64,000 nucleotides of DNA from Octopus sinensis (GCF_006345805.1 NC_042997.1:108066001-108130000); one strand, 5' to 3'; numbered from the stretch's first letter, positions 36,712-50,847 are shown. Made by a program: numbers and translations. Notes: generated from the letters alone by a model not told the origin.

Positions 36712-37161
36712 TATATATAATATGTATATGTATATATATATATATGTATATGTATATATGTGTGTGTTTATGTATGCATGTGTGTATGTGTGTTTCTGTG
36801 TATACATCCTTACATATGGTGATGTTGTCAGCAATGCTATTTCTTCAGCTAATTACTAATCACCGATGTTGTTGTTGTTGTTACTAACTCTGACTAACGA
36901 CCGACAACAAACACAGCTCTCCACCTCCTCCTCTTCCCCGTTCCTGTCTTCCTCTTCCTCTCACTCCTTCCCCTCTTCCTGCTCCTTTCTCTCTCTTTCT
37001 TCCTCCTTCCCCCCCCTCTCTCTCTATCGTACTCTGCGTGTTCTTCAGTACAATAAAGTTTATCATCATCACTCGCTTTGTTTATAACATGTGTTTCCAC
37101 CCGTATTAGGTTGTCTTGCCAACCTCGATACACTGGTATAAGTGTGTGTATGTGTGTGTGT

Positions 37162-37197
<36 letters not shown>

Positions 37198-37717
37198 GTG
37201 TGTGTGTGTGTGTGTGTGTGTATACCTACATACATACGCATACAAATACACACACACATATATAATATATATATATATATGTTTTTATATATACATACAC
37301 AAACACCTATGTGCGTGTGTGTAAGAAAAATGCAAGGATGGCTATTCTCTTCTTCATCCTCCTCCTCCCCCTCCTCCTCATCATTATCATCATCATCATC
37401 ATTCCAGTTGTTTACATCACAATACCACACTGTCAGCATCTCCGAGCAATATTTGTTGTACGGTTTCCTATCCTCCCCTCCTGCCACCAACCCGTCCGTC
37501 CTCCGTCCAATGCCTTATTAATTAACACACTCACCGGTTCAATTTCCACTCATTTATATATTTTATTTTTTCTAAAATTTTCGTTACTTCTTGTAACCTC
37601 TGCAATAGTGACTCAGTCCGTTATCGGAGCTACGTTCTTGTTGTTTGTTTGTGCGCATGTGTGTGCGTCGGCGTGCATGTGTAACACACACACATATATA
37701 TATATATCATGGTATGT

Positions 37718-37797
<80 letters not shown>

Positions 37798-37829
37798 ACA
37801 TATATGTACATGTATGTATATATGTATAT

Positions 37830-37865
<36 letters not shown>

Positions 37866-38018
37866 TATATATATGTACTCTCTCTCTCACACACACACAT
37901 AGACACACACACACACACACATATGTATGTTCAAAAGTGAAATGAAATGAAGAAGAGCAATATAAAGAAATACGTCGATACCTGTTATTAGTTTTACACT
38001 GAAAAAGCGAAGGGACGT

Positions 38019-38054
38019 TTTGACGTTTCGGATTTATTGACGCCTCGTGAGAAA
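38019..38054 (-). ncRNA. Decayed minimal hammerhead-like motif
   Basis: TTT-CTCACGA-GG..CC-GAA-ACGT-C-AAA; core G5 is replaced by C. Confidence 0.35.
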
Positions 38055-38286
38055 GAGAAGATAAAAGAAGAGAGGGAAAAGAGAAACAGAGTGAGGGAGC
38101 ACTGGAGAGTACTAGAGAGGCAATAGGAAAAATATATGGGGCATTTTCCTGTCCCCTACTCCAACTTATATCTACAAGATTATTCCAACCTGTAAAGCAG
38201 ATCTCCATTCTAAACACCGGAAGGTCAATGTCAACCAAATATTGCTGTTTTTTTCTTTCTTTTCTGTTGCTGTTAATGTTGTTATT

Positions 38287-38484
38287 CATCATCATCATCA
38301 TCATCATCGTTTAACGTCCGTTCTCCATGCTAGCATGGGTTGGACGGTTCGACCGGGGATCTGGGAAGCCAGAAGGCTGCACCAGGCTCCAGTCTTATTT
38401 GGCAATGTTTCTCAGCTGGATGCCCTTCCTAACGCCAACCACTCCGTGAGTGTAGTGGGTGCTTTTTACGTGCCACCTGCACAG
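38287..38484 (-). mobile_element. SINE/RTE-type 3' segment with (GAT)n tail
   Basis: (CAT)n-CGTTTAACGTCCG..CATGCTAGCATGGGTTGGACG..GGATGCCCTTCCTAACGCCAAC, which I recognise as a common cephalopod repeat. Confidence 0.7.
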
Positions 38485-38504
38485 TATGTGTATATATATA
38501 TGTG

Positions 38505-38587
<83 letters not shown>

Positions 38588-39249
38588 ATATACGTGTGCA
38601 TATATATATGTGTATATATATGCGTGTATATATTGTTGTTGGTTAAGCTGCCGGTGTTGCAGGGTTCGGGTTAAGACCCATAAAGGCCTTCAGCATTTAA
38701 CAGATTTTCGTGCCCTCATAAATATAAACAATAATAATCCATAAAATAATTTATAGTTTTCAAAAAGCGACAAAACTGACGGCAAGACGAGGAATAATGT
38801 TTATTTCTGTCTCCTTCCATTTTATTTCTGTCTTGCTTATCAACCATTCTTCTACCATTTTGTTTTAATTGCAAATTCTTTGATCAGATCCTCGCTTTCA
38901 CACCATCACACCAGTTATCTTTCCGATGACATAAATCACACAGAATATTATTTTGGCAAGTTTCAAGTGATTTTTTTTGTGCCGTAAACCTTTACCATTT
39001 CTATGTTGCCCCCAACTTCCTTTGATGACTTAAGCGCGTTTATCTTGCATGGTTAACCCAGCGCTATGTCGTTATTGTTGTTGTTGTTCTGTTTGAAGTT
39101 TCATTTTTCTATCGATATCGATACAGTCGAGTTATTTTCCTGACAAAATGGTCGTGTGGTTCTATTCTTGAATTTTTTAAAATTTGAGTTGTGAGTTCAA
39201 TACTGCCCCTATCATCTAGTGAAATTTCTTTTTCTAGAACCTTTTAAAC

Positions 39250-40250
39250 TTTTTTTTACCTGAATTTCTCTGTCAGAATCAAACAGATCAACAGACCATG
39301 TAAATTCGTTTTGTATGTTTGCAAGAAAATATATAGAACATGGTGAGGCTGCGTCGATTGTGCACCAAGCCATCAAGCCGAAGAATCAGTGGTTCGTATT
39401 CTATGGGGCACAATTTCCTTGCAGAAGTCACTCAGCCTGCATCAGACTTGTTCACCAAACTGAAATAAATACTGGTTCCTTTTAATCTAAAACAACACTG
39501 GAATCCATAAAATGTGCAAGAATATCGATACCAGAATATATAAATGAACGAGATAACTGACTTGATAGTAATACCAGCTAAATCTCCATCTTGCCACACT
39601 CTTTTATATATAAAAAGGAAGGATACCTTGAATAGTGTACAATGACTGAAAAATCGTGTTGGTCACAGTCGGAGTGCTTTTGATCACAAGAGTATTGACC
39701 AAGTTGTAACAATGCAATATAACTCGAGTCTATTCTATTGGTGTCGATAAACAAATACTCGGAGTATGGATCGAGATTTGAAGTCAGAAAGAAGCAGAGA
39801 CTAGTATAAGACATTTAGTACGGCGCTCTAGCATTTCTGTGAAAGAATTTCTTTATTAATTGTAGAAATTCTGAAATAAATGTGAATTCTATAAAATCTG
39901 TTTGGATCACCGAATCGGTAGAATACTGGCGATTCAACAGAGAGGCTGGGGTTCGAATTCAAGGAGGCTACGTATGTCTGACCAAAGGCAAGGTGGTGAT
40001 GCGAAACCTGGCAATGGATTAAGTCTACCACACAACAACACTAATGGTTTCTCCGCCAAGCTTCAACATAGTTTCTATTTAACAGTTTCACCCGCAAAGT
40101 TTTGGTGGGCACCAAGATTAACTTTGAGAAAATTTACTGAAATTATCTCCCTTTTTCTTTTCTCGTCTGTAACAGTTACTGCCAGAACGCAGGTTTTCAT
40201 TCCCAAACTAACTGGCAAATCTCAAGTAATATTTCTGTGTATGTCATTCA
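39250..40250 (-). mobile_element. Very degenerate CR1/L2-like RT region
   Basis: Traces of GFxSxRS, DxxKAxDxxxH and later RR..L motifs in order across frameshifts. Confidence 0.35.
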
Positions 40251-41783
40251 ATAAATAGACCAATCCTTCATTTATTTAGAGAACCTTCCATGGTTTTGAC
40301 AACTCCTGTAGTTGTGATATGGTAAGGAATACAGAATTCTGTTTGAGATTTTTGATTAAGAAATATTCATTTTTATGGTAAGCAAAAAAATAGTGCACAA
40401 ATATTTAGCAACGGAACCCGGATCACCATATCCGATGCAAAAAAAAAAAAAATCAACTCAAGAATACGATCACGATTCGCTAAGTACTATCAACGTCATA
40501 AATAAATCTGACCATTCAAAATTTCATGTGGAACCGGATCTAGCAACAGTTTCATCTTTAGCACCCTTTTTTGTGAGAAGTATCACGACAGTAGGAGAAC
40601 CAGCAGCTGACCAGAGCGCTGTCACAACACAAAAACAATGGACGTACAACGACTGAAACACACAATGACCTGTTAACACCAAGAAATTCGTGACAGCCAC
40701 TACTATCACACCAAGCCTAACAGCAATAAGCTTTCAACTATCTTGGTGTTTGTCGTTCGTAGGAATGACAAGGTTTTTTTTTGTTTACGATCAAAATAAA
40801 GATTTTTAAAAATCAAAAGCCTCAAACAGATTTTAGTGTCCTTTATAGTAACAAGTGGTGAGAATTTCATTGACAAACTGAAAGAATTCTTGAAAAAAAA
40901 GTTAATTATAATGGATTATATCTTATCCCAGAGAAGATGTACACACAACAGCTGAAGAAAATGAATTAGCAACGAACACAGAGTCAGGTGCTAATATTTC
41001 TGAAAATGTCTACATTCATTTTCTGGCCTGTAGACTTGTGCTTCGTTCCACGAAAGGCTTATGGCCAAAATTCATGCGCAGCAGACGAGGAATGTTCAAA
41101 CGTTTTCGAGTTAAACTTTATTTCAAATGGCATTTTTTGCACTCCTTCGTCTTTCGTTGCTTTCTCCACCCAATTGACAATGATATGTTATAGAGACATC
41201 TACATCTACCCCCCACACACACACACACAAACACACACACTCACTCTCTCTCTCTTACATACAAACCAGTTGTCCTTTGTAAAGTTCATACAATCACACC
41301 ACTGTACAACTATTTACATTTTAGAATGCAGGAATTGTTTTCTCATTAAATTTATTTTCCCTAACAATCACGTTTGGTATGCACAACGACACACAAGTAC
41401 ACATACACACATACACGCAGGCACGCACATATAGATCTATCTACGCAAATCCACAAGCACATGCGCATACATACACATGCACACACATAAACACATACAC
41501 ACGACAAATCACACGTACAACAAATTCTGTAATTGTTCCTACAGTTACATATATTCATGTGTGTGTATGTACATACATACACACACTCACACACACACGT
41601 ATACATACATGCATAAACACATGCATATACATTTCCATACAAGATTTATATGTATTTGTATATACGTACTGCATGTGCGTACATATATACGTGCATCTAT
41701 AAAATTTCTGTGTGTGCATATATGAATATGTGTGAATATTTGCATATATTTATATATATGCGTAAATATATATATATATATAT

Positions 41784-41870
<87 letters not shown>

Positions 41871-41897
41871 TATATATATTATATATATTTATATTTA

Positions 41898-41965
<68 letters not shown>

Positions 41966-42379
41966 TTTTCTGCATATATTATTTTACACGTTCCAGCCCT
42001 AAGGCTGTGGCTATAAGTGTTTATGTGTGTGTGCGCAGATATACACTCTCAAATATACACATACACAACTAGAAAATTATATCACATGATAGAGGGCGTT
42101 GCTTGTAGCCCGAGGGTGACCCATACATTCACTGGAACCACACACGCATACACATATACGTAAACATACGCGAGCACACATCACACGCACATGCTTGTAT
42201 ACGCATATGTATGCATACATTTGCCATGACAGTGTTTTAAAATCTTGCCTCAACAGAAGAGAAATACCGTTAACGGCTTCCAAGCAGAAAGGAATCATTT
42301 ATTTTTAACAACATTTCATAAACCTAATAAATTAATCACTTTTTTTTTTGTTGTTTCTGGTTCATTTTTACGAGATCTC

Positions 42380-42730
42380 GTCAGAGGGAGTGGAAGCTCA
42401 CCTGACCCTTTGTCGTAGGCTCTGAGAAAGAAGGAAAGAGATTCCCTTGAGACTGATCATATGACCCTATTTCTGCTTGCAAAAGATGAACACTGTTAAA
42501 GTCTGAATAAGTCTGCAATCCAAGACTACGGAAAACCCTTTCGATGGTCTTTAACAAGGTTCGGCTCAACGCGAGGCATTTGTAGAACACATTTGGTCAC
42601 GGTGTCTCGCGGTGAATTTGAACACATAACCAGATATTTGTGGAGGAAAAGCCAATTCCTCTGTCTGTTGAACAGGCAGACACCGAATTTATTAAAATAT
42701 AGAAATGGCACCGCTTTTGCCATATTTTCC
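42380..42730 (-). mobile_element. Decayed PLE N-terminal/RT fragment
   Basis: PPQI, VKDHRKGF, DCRLI and AEIG in the same order as in the 30.0-30.6 kb PLE segment. Confidence 0.45.
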
Positions 42731-43272
42731 TATTTGTTCTTCTCTGTGTTTGCTACGAAATTATTTCAGAGTTTACTAGGTTTATCATAGAATTTTACTT
42801 TCGTTCAGGACGAAAGTTGCTTCCGGTTTTCGTTATGGGTATGGTTTATTCTTCAAAAATATCAATATTTTTTACTAACCTTGCAACCAGTATAATTGAC
42901 ACATTTTCTACGTCTGGGTCCTTGGGTATAATGTAAACTATATTGACTGGCTTAGAATGCGAAACCACGGCGAATTGCTGCTACATGTAACATATTGAAA
43001 AAATCTCATGCTGCACCTCTCTCTCTCTCTCTATTTTTCAACCACATTTCCCTCTCCTATTTTTTTGTGCTTTTGTGTGTCTACATACGTAGACACACAC
43101 ACATATATGTATATGTTTGCATAAATATTTGCGTATAGTACATGTATGTACGTGTGTATACGTACATGCAAACATGCACATATATACATACACATACATA
43201 CATACATACATACATACATACATACATACATACATACATACATACATACATACACATACATACATACATACA

Positions 43273-43308
<36 letters not shown>

Positions 43309-43326
43309 TATATACAGGCATGCATA

Positions 43327-43911
43327 CGAGGGGTTGCGAAGTGATTGCCTTTTAATGCCTCCGTCGTTTTTTCCTTCACCTCACTTCCGCATCTGCAAAT
43401 TCCGTAGCACCAGCTTTCGTCACCAGTGATGACCTTTGAAAAGTGGTCCGGATCAACTTCCAACTGTTCAATTGTTCGGTGACTGCCCTCTAAGATCAGG
43501 TCATCAATTTTCATGATGTTTTCATTCGTTTGGGAGGTCGATGGTCGTCCTGAATGTGGTCGGTCTTCAAGCAACAAATGACCGTTCCTAAAGCTTGAAA
43601 GCCATTCGTAAACTTGTGTTTTGCTCATGGCAGCGTCCTTGTAAGCTGTTTGAAGTATGACAACTGTTTCGGCCGCCGTTTTCACCGGTAGAAAGCAGAA
43701 TTTCATGGAAGCACGCTGTTCCTTCGTTTCAGCTATTGCAAAAATTAACGAACAGAAGAGAACCATTGCAAAACAAAGACACATCACATGGAAATACGAC
43801 TCCACTAGACGATGCCTGAGGGTTGCATCAAGTGGCTTCTGGCGGCAAAAACCTGAGCTACAACTGGTTTATCCCACAAAAAGTTTCCGGTTACTTTTGG
43901 GCACCTCTTCG
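43327..43911 (-). mobile_element. Internally deleted mariner element
   Basis: EQRASMKFCF, VYEW, RSGRPS-like motif, VITGDESWCY; degenerate TIRs TA|CGAGGGGT and ..CACCTCTTCG. Confidence 0.85.
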
Positions 43912-43962
43912 CACGCACGCATGCACACAGACACACACACATACACACACATACTGTGTATA

Positions 43963-44170
43963 CAGTAATCCCTCGCCATATCGCGGTTTATTATTTAAGC
44001 TTACGTCGATTCCTCCTTGGTATTGTTTTGCATTTATTATAAAATAAATATATAGAAATTATAAAAATTATTAAAAAAATACACAGTACAGTACTGTTTC
44101 TACTTCGTGGATTTTCCCCTATCGCGGGGGCTTTTGGAGCGTAACACCCGCAATAGTCGAGGGATTACTG
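43963..44170. mobile_element. pogo/Tigger-like MITE
   Basis: 13-bp perfect TIR CAGTAATCCCTCG; TA on both sides. Confidence 0.85.
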
Positions 44171-44532
44171 TATGAGAGGTTCTAATCGAAGCTGTATCGT
44201 CGTGTACCACATGGTCCACATCAATCCAGTTTGTGTATTTAGATATTTTATTCGCATGAGATTTATATAATATTTGAAATTTCTAGCGAATTCGATTTGG
44301 AGAGTAATTCTCTAAAATCAAATGAGACGATTGGAATAAGTTTGGTATATTTTTAATTCCATGTTTCATTACAGGATAAGAGTTACAAAGGTGCACATGT
44401 AGATAAAAAAACATGTGTAGAATCTCCTATCCGTGATTCTTCAAACATTAAAAGTTCATATTAGGTTTGGATGTCTGTCTGGTGATGAAACATGTGTAAC
44501 ATGCAATTAAAACAAAACCAAATTTTCTGTTA

Positions 44533-44630
44533 CGATGGCCGAGTGGGTAGAGTGTTGCATTCACGGTCGCGAGATCCTGGTTTCGATTCTTGGACCATGC
44601 GGAGCGTTGTGTTCTTGAGCAAAACCCTTC
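44533..44630 (+). mobile_element. SINE family C head
   Basis: TGGCCGAGTGGGTAGAG..GGTTTCGATTC..GTGTTCTTGAGCAAAAC. Confidence 0.6.
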
Positions 44631-45031
44631 TTTAATTGTCAGGTTTTGTCGTTTTCTAGTTCAATTAAATTTTCCATTCTAGATTTGAATTAACTTTTCG
44701 TTTCTGGAAAGTATATGGGAAATATGGGATATGGTCGCAGAAGTCATCTAGTGTTTTATATATATATCATTGCTAATACGTTAAACTGTCGTATGTACAA
44801 ATTTGGTCAAATGCGTTTCAATATTTATTTTTGTTTGCAATAGCCGGTTCTTTTGGTTGAACTGTCGTATCTCCAGCTGCTTCAGATGCCAAGATATCAA
44901 CAATTGTCATAGTGTAGTACAACGGTTTTGCTATGGAATAGTGAAACTATTCGTTTTCTGAAAAGGCAACGTTTTGGACTTACGACATTTTTGCATAATA
45001 GCAACGATATATATATGATAAGGGTTTTTTT

Positions 45032-45091
45032 GCAACAAGTTGCTTAACCACATACAGAAAATTTTCGGTATGTGGTTAAGCAACTTGTTGC
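45032..45091. repeat. Near-perfect 60-bp palindrome
   Basis: 24-bp perfect arms; centre A-GAAAATTTTC-G. Confidence 0.95.
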
Positions 45092-45101
45092 CACGATTCC
45101 A

Positions 45102-45134
<33 letters not shown>

Positions 45135-45289
45135 GAGTCACATAAGCTCTTTATTAATGATTAGTAAAGAGGTTCAGTGCCACCAGCCAACAGGTGTGAT
45201 GTGTCGCCTATATTGATAAGAGCAATAACAGAAGTGAAAGCAATGGTTACTTTCTGAGCGGTCACAACCAACGACTACATTACATATAC

Positions 45290-45520
45290 ATGTGGTTAGG
45301 TTGTTGCACTCACGATCGCTAGATCGTAGGTTCGATTCCAGGATTGGGCGGTGCGTTGTGTTCATTTCGTGTTGCCCAAATGTCCCTTTCGATCAGGAAG
45401 TGGGTGTTGGCCTGCTCGCCTAGCACGCGGGGTGGCGTCTTTTGAAGGCTAAAACAATGCAAAAAGCGCAATGTGACCAGCGATGTATAAAAACATCTGA
45501 TAGCCTGATCGGTCACTGAT
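45290..45520 (+). mobile_element. tRNA-derived SINE with family C-like head
   Basis: GTGGTTAGG..CACGATCG..GGTTCGATTCC head, then a distinct body. Confidence 0.55.
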
Positions 45521-45577
45521 CACGTGACACTCACACGCACGCACACACGTGTACCCCCCACACGCAACAGATATATA

Positions 45578-46062
45578 TGTGGTAAGAGGCTTGATTCCTA
45601 ACCACATGGTTCGGGTTCAGTCTGACTGCATGGCACCTTCGGCAAGTGTCTTCTACTATAGTCTTGCGCCGACCAAACCCTTCTGACTGGATTTGGTAGA
45701 CGGAAACTGAAAGAAGCCCGTTGTATAAATAAATAAATGTGCGTGTGTGTGTGGTGTGTGTGTGTGTGTGTGTGTGTGACTGTTTGTCCCCCACCACCGC
45801 TTGACAACTGGTGTCTTGTGTTATCGTTGTGACTTATCTGTTCGACAAATGAACCGATAGAATAAATACGAGGCTAAGGCTGCGAGCTGGCAGAAACGTT
45901 AGCACGCCGGGCGAAATGCTTAGCGGTATTTCGTCTGCCGCTACGTTCTGAGTTCAAATTCCGCCGAGTTCATCCTTTCGGGGTCGCTTAAAAATAACAA
46001 AAAATAATTTCTGGGGTCGATTCATTTCGCAGTCAAATGACTGAAACAACGAAATGATAAAA
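45578..46062 (+). mobile_element. SINE family A with a nested family B SINE (about 45880-46005)
   Basis: Family A head and body, then GCGAGCTGGCAGAAACGTTAGC..GAGTTCAAATTCC, then the family A tail CAGTCAAATGACTGAAAC. Confidence 0.75.
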
Positions 46063-46064
46063 GA

Positions 46065-46474
46065 TGTATGTATGTATGTATGTATGTATGTATGTATGTA
46101 TGTATGTATGTATGTTGTATGTATGTATGTATGTATTATGTATGTATGTATGTGTGTATGTGTGTGTGTATGTATGTGTGTATGTATGTATGTGTGTATG
46201 TATGTATGTGTGTGTGTCTGTATGTATGTATGTATGTATGTATGTATGTGTGTATGTATATGTGTGTTTATATATGTGTGTATGTATGTATGTGTGTATG
46301 TATGTATGTGTGTATGTATGTGTGTATGTATGTGTGTATGTATGTATGTATGTATGTATGTATGTGTGTATGTATGTATGTGTGTATGTATGTGTGTATG
46401 TATGTATGCATGTATGTGTGTATGTGTGTATGTATGTATGTATGTGTGTATGTGTGCGCATGTATGTGTGTGTG

Positions 46475-46530
<56 letters not shown>

Positions 46531-46545
46531 CATACATACATATAC
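46065..46545. repeat. (TATG)/(TG)/(TA) compound microsatellite
   Basis: Directly visible. Confidence 0.97.
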
Positions 46546-46821
46546 ATACTGTTTAATTTGTATTTCCTGTGCAATCTATATTAAGGGACATTCCCTTCAG
46601 TCCCCGTCGACGACTGACGTTCTCAGTCCCTTCTATTGCTGCCGCTCTCTCCTTTCTGTCCAACATGATGGACGCCGCCCTCGAGGAATGTCGCGTTTCT
46701 TTTGGCGAAACAATTTTTTACACTGTTTTATTCCTCTCTTGGCAACCATTGCAGTCAAAACTGAGAGTCAGCTGCAACTACTTCAGCCATGCAGTTACTC
46801 TGTGTGTGTGTGTGTGTGTGT

Positions 46822-46861
<40 letters not shown>

Positions 46862-47458
46862 TGTGTGTGTGTTTGTGTGTCATAGGTCTGTTGTAAGTTA
46901 ATCTTGTCAAACTCAACATTTGACCTCGTAATGTTTGCGTATGCATCTAATTAGAGACCCGTGTAAACTATGTATGTATGTCTAGGCTGTCTCTTTCTAT
47001 GTCTATGTAAAAATATATGTAGGTTTATGTTGGAAGTGAATCTACGGCTTTCTCTTACTCGCCCCACACGTATATTCGCACATATACACGCTCGTATATG
47101 TAATATTTGCTCACAACTTGAATTATAAGTGTAGACTAATAACGTTGAAAGGGCAAAGATTAAACCCGTCTAACTTTTTAACCACATCATACACACTTCA
47201 CACACTTCACACACACAACCCACACACACACATCACCCTCTCCACACACACTCCACTCACTTCACACACTTTTTAAATGCTGCACATGGAAAAATGTTTT
47301 AACACTTGTCTTCTAGACCCGAAATTTTACTATTTGTTGTCTTGAGAAACTTATATATGTACATAGGCACATACATAAGCACTTGATGCCTCAAATGCAA
47401 CAGAAAATGTATATTATGACATAATTCTGTGGAAGATATCACATATGTGATTAGCCTA

Positions 47459-47684
47459 TTTCTTTATTACCCACAAGGGGCTAAACAGAGAGGGGACAAA
47501 CAAGGACAGACATAGGTATTAAGTCGATTACATTGGCTCCAGTGCGTAACTGGTACTTAATTTATCGACCCCGAAAGGATGAAAGACAAAGTCGACCTCG
47601 GTGGAATTTGAACTCAGAACGTAACGGCAGACGAAATACCGCAAAGCATTTCGCCCGGCGTGCTAACGTTTCTGCCAGCTCGCC
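47459..47684 (-). mobile_element. SINE family B, full length, with Tx1-like tail
   Basis: A-box TGGCAGAAACGTTAG, B-box GAGTTCAAATTCC, core TTTCATCCTTTCGGGGTCGATAAATTAAGTACCAG (resembles the MetaSINE/Sauria-type core, from memory), tail ..GGGTAATAAAGAAA. Confidence 0.9.
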
Positions 47685-48469
47685 GCAGGTTAGCCGCAGC
47701 CCAAAAATGTTCTCAAAGTATTACCTTCCTATGTGACACGACGTTGTCGCAAAAACAATCTACACTGCTATTCGGAGAAAAAGACTGTTCGGAAATACCT
47801 ATGGAGAATCCTCCTGTTATTGAATAAGTACACAAATATCAGCACAAGAAATGCTGGTGAAACATTCCCATCAAAATATATGCTAAGTGTAAGCATATCA
47901 GGCCGGATATTGTGGATTGGGACAGACAAGAGTAAGTGTGTACCATCACTGAGATCAGCTGTCCTGCTGATGTGAATATCTCTTTGATTCTTCAAAGAGA
48001 AAGAAGATAACTACGAACAATTGCTTCGAAACCGCCTCTATATCCGCATTATAAAGTTACATTTATACCAATAATTGGTGCACTTAGTTTCGAGAGTAAA
48101 TGCCTAAGTGGCAATCTAGATAAGATAAGGTTGTCATTACAAATACACTCTGTAAGCGGATCACTAAAAACATGCAAGACTTTTCTCAAGTTTAAAATGT
48201 GACTATTTTTTTTTATCTACATTTAAAAGATACATTCTTTGTTAAAAGCTGCTCCTTCCACAGAGGAAGATTTCAAATAAATTTAAAAAAGAAGAGAATG
48301 TACATTAAAATCGTGAAGGGGAAAATCACCATAATCCACAAAATATGTTTCCCAGAAACTTGAGGCTGATGCTCTTATTAACAGGATGTGTAGAAGGCTC
48401 TCTTGCACTGGTGGCCATCACGTCACATTTTGAAGGTTAACGAAGAACAGGAGATAACTAAAAAATACT

Positions 48470-49170
48470 GAATGGTCAAAAGACACAAGGAGGACTTAAA
48501 AATTCAAAAGATGGACCAAAAATACAGATTGTGTCACATTTCTATTAATTATAATACACAAATGATTAACAAATATCGTCAATCATCAATCATCAAGCTA
48601 CCATCTGTCACTGTGACTGATGTTTATAAAACAATTGACGGTGCCATTCTGAGGAAAGACTGTTCTGGAATAAATATAGACAACGCCTCTTCTATGGAAT
48701 ACGTGCATATATGTGAACCCAAAGAATATTGGTCGAATATTCTCATCAAAACTTCTACCAAGTCAAACACATCAAACCCGATTTAGAGTATTTCAGACGG
48801 AAAATAAATATGTACAGCCAGAGATCAGTCGTCCAACATATGTAAATATATTTCGTCCAAAATTGGTAAGAAGGAGAGTATTTACGAGCAGCTGCTTCGA
48901 AACCTATTTTCTCTGCCCTCATAATAAATTCGCATTTATAACATTCGTTATTGGGGCATTTGGCTTTATTAGTGAAAGTTTACGTGAAAACCATGAAAAG
49001 CTTTGGGTTTCCAATAAAGAACTGGATTCGTTAATACATACTTTACAAATACAGAGTCAGGAGTGGAACAGTAAAAATATACGATACTTTTCCAGAGTTC
49101 AGCATGTGATAATTATCATTGTTCTTAACCAAATTTCGGTGCTGGAGATATGTTTCTTTGTTAGAAACCA
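48470..49170 (+). mobile_element. Very degenerate CR1-like RT region
   Basis: PHNK..RYWGI..W, consistent with decayed AFDxVPHxxL..YGI..W. Confidence 0.3.
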
Positions 49171-49238
49171 GTTCCTTTCTTCTAAAACGAATTCAGATAA
49201 TTATAAAAGACATACAGTTCTTTAGTTCTGTTTCTGTT

Positions 49239-49239
<1 letters not shown>

Positions 49240-49281
<42 letters not shown>

Positions 49282-49465
49282 CTCTCTCTCTCTCTCTCTT
49301 TCTTTCTCTCTCTCTCTCTCTCTCTTTCTTTCTCTCTCTCTCTTTCTTTCTCTCTCTCTCTCTTTCTTTCTCTCTCTCTCTCTCTTTCTTTCTCTCTCTC
49401 TCTTTCTATCTCTCTCTCTCTCTTTCTGTCTCTGTTTCTCCATGTCTCTCTCTCTCTCTCTCTCT
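49240..49465. repeat. (CT)n/(CTTT) polypyrimidine tract
   Basis: Directly visible. Confidence 0.97.
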
Positions 49466-50643
49466 TCATGTATATCCAATCTTTCAATTCTTCCATTTCT
49501 TTCTAAATAAAATACAAAAGAAACACAGCTAGATCAAAAAATAAAATTTCAAAAAAATTCCATTCAAAGAATTTAGACATATTATCACTATTCCACTTAC
49601 TGATTAAGTTAGTAGAATATGTCATATATCTAAGATCCTATCTTCAAAGTTGTCATGATTATTGCTTAAACTTTTCGAAACCCAACAAAATAAACAAATT
49701 ACACATACATAAATTTATAGCCTCTGTAAATTACTTGTAGGTTTACAAACATTTGTAAATAAATGTTCTTTCTCCCTATTTTGTGTGAAATAATTCCCAT
49801 TTTCTGGGCAGTCAATTAAACCCCACAAAGTCAGATTAGTGCAGTTTGCTCTAATCTAATTTTCAACAATTTTTTTCCCCTTTCTCTACAATTATGCCTG
49901 ACTGTGTTAAGCGGATGTTTTGAGGGGATGTTCCGCAAATCGCATTTCAGCCAAACTATATAAATATGCATCTAATATGGGTGGTGAATTTTTATACGAT
50001 TATCCCTGTGCAAACCTTTCAATGGAATTCGATATTGTTGTAGAAAGACCATCATGGCGGCATAAAAAATATATTTCGACAACATTTTAGGGCTCAGCTG
50101 CTGCTGGTTATAGTTAAATACTTTTCAATGAAACAACAACTGAACTTGTAGGTCGCGTGTCTGGGGTGTAAGGACTTCGCTCTTCGATTGCAGAAGCATA
50201 CTTTCCAAAGGAATGGAGAGGTTATGAGTCCAAGAGAAACTAAACTTCTTAAAGTTGATTTCGTCCTGTCGCTCACGGTGAAAACTTTACACTAATAAGT
50301 TGAGTTTTTCTTTTTTACTTACGTCTAAACTATCCTCCATGCAGATCTTTATTAAGGTATAGCCATGTCTGGAGTGTTCCCAGCAGTTAAATGCTTCTTA
50401 AAATTTTCAATAGTAAACTATAGCACAATATCCACTTCACTTCATTCGTTTATATCTTCTCCCTGTTCTTGTTGAATAAACGTTGTCCATGCGGTACCAT
50501 ATTGTGTTGGTTGTTCTAAACTCATTCCTCACGTGACTGTCTCAGAGACAACCACTCGCTATCATTATTTCAGTAGCGATGTTGTTGTTGTTGTTGTTAT
50601 TGCTGGTGTTGTTTAGTGCCAGGTCAATTAAAATCCTGTAAAT

Positions 50644-50847
50644 CAGGGGTTCTCGACGATTTTTTGCCTATGGAACCCTATTTTTTTTTTACCCTACTGG
50701 ACACCCATAATCCCGTTATATTTTCACAATTAAATATTATTAGGAATATTATTATTGAAGGAAACGCAATTTATTGAACATAAAATGTAACAACAAACTC
50801 TTATACGGATCCCCAAGGGCCTTATGGATTCTCGTTGAGAACCACTG
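50644..50847. mobile_element. hAT (Charlie-like) MITE
   Basis: TIR CAGGGGTTCTC/GAGAACCACTG; 8-bp TSD CTGTAAAT/CTATAAAT (7/8). Confidence 0.85.

Noticed and set aside
39960-40030. LAFGQTYVASL resembling PIF1/Helitron helicase motif VI
   Set aside because: No other helicase motifs nearby; the surrounding frames fit a decayed CR1-like RT better.
42381-42590. ORF ending at a CAG|GTGAG donor as a host exon
   Set aside because: In-frame stop just upstream, no good acceptor, and PLE motifs in the overlapping frames.
47600-47684. tRNA genes at SINE heads (also 3700-3762, 44533-44600, 55147-55220)
   Set aside because: Only A/B boxes are retained, there is no full cloverleaf, and they continue into SINE bodies.
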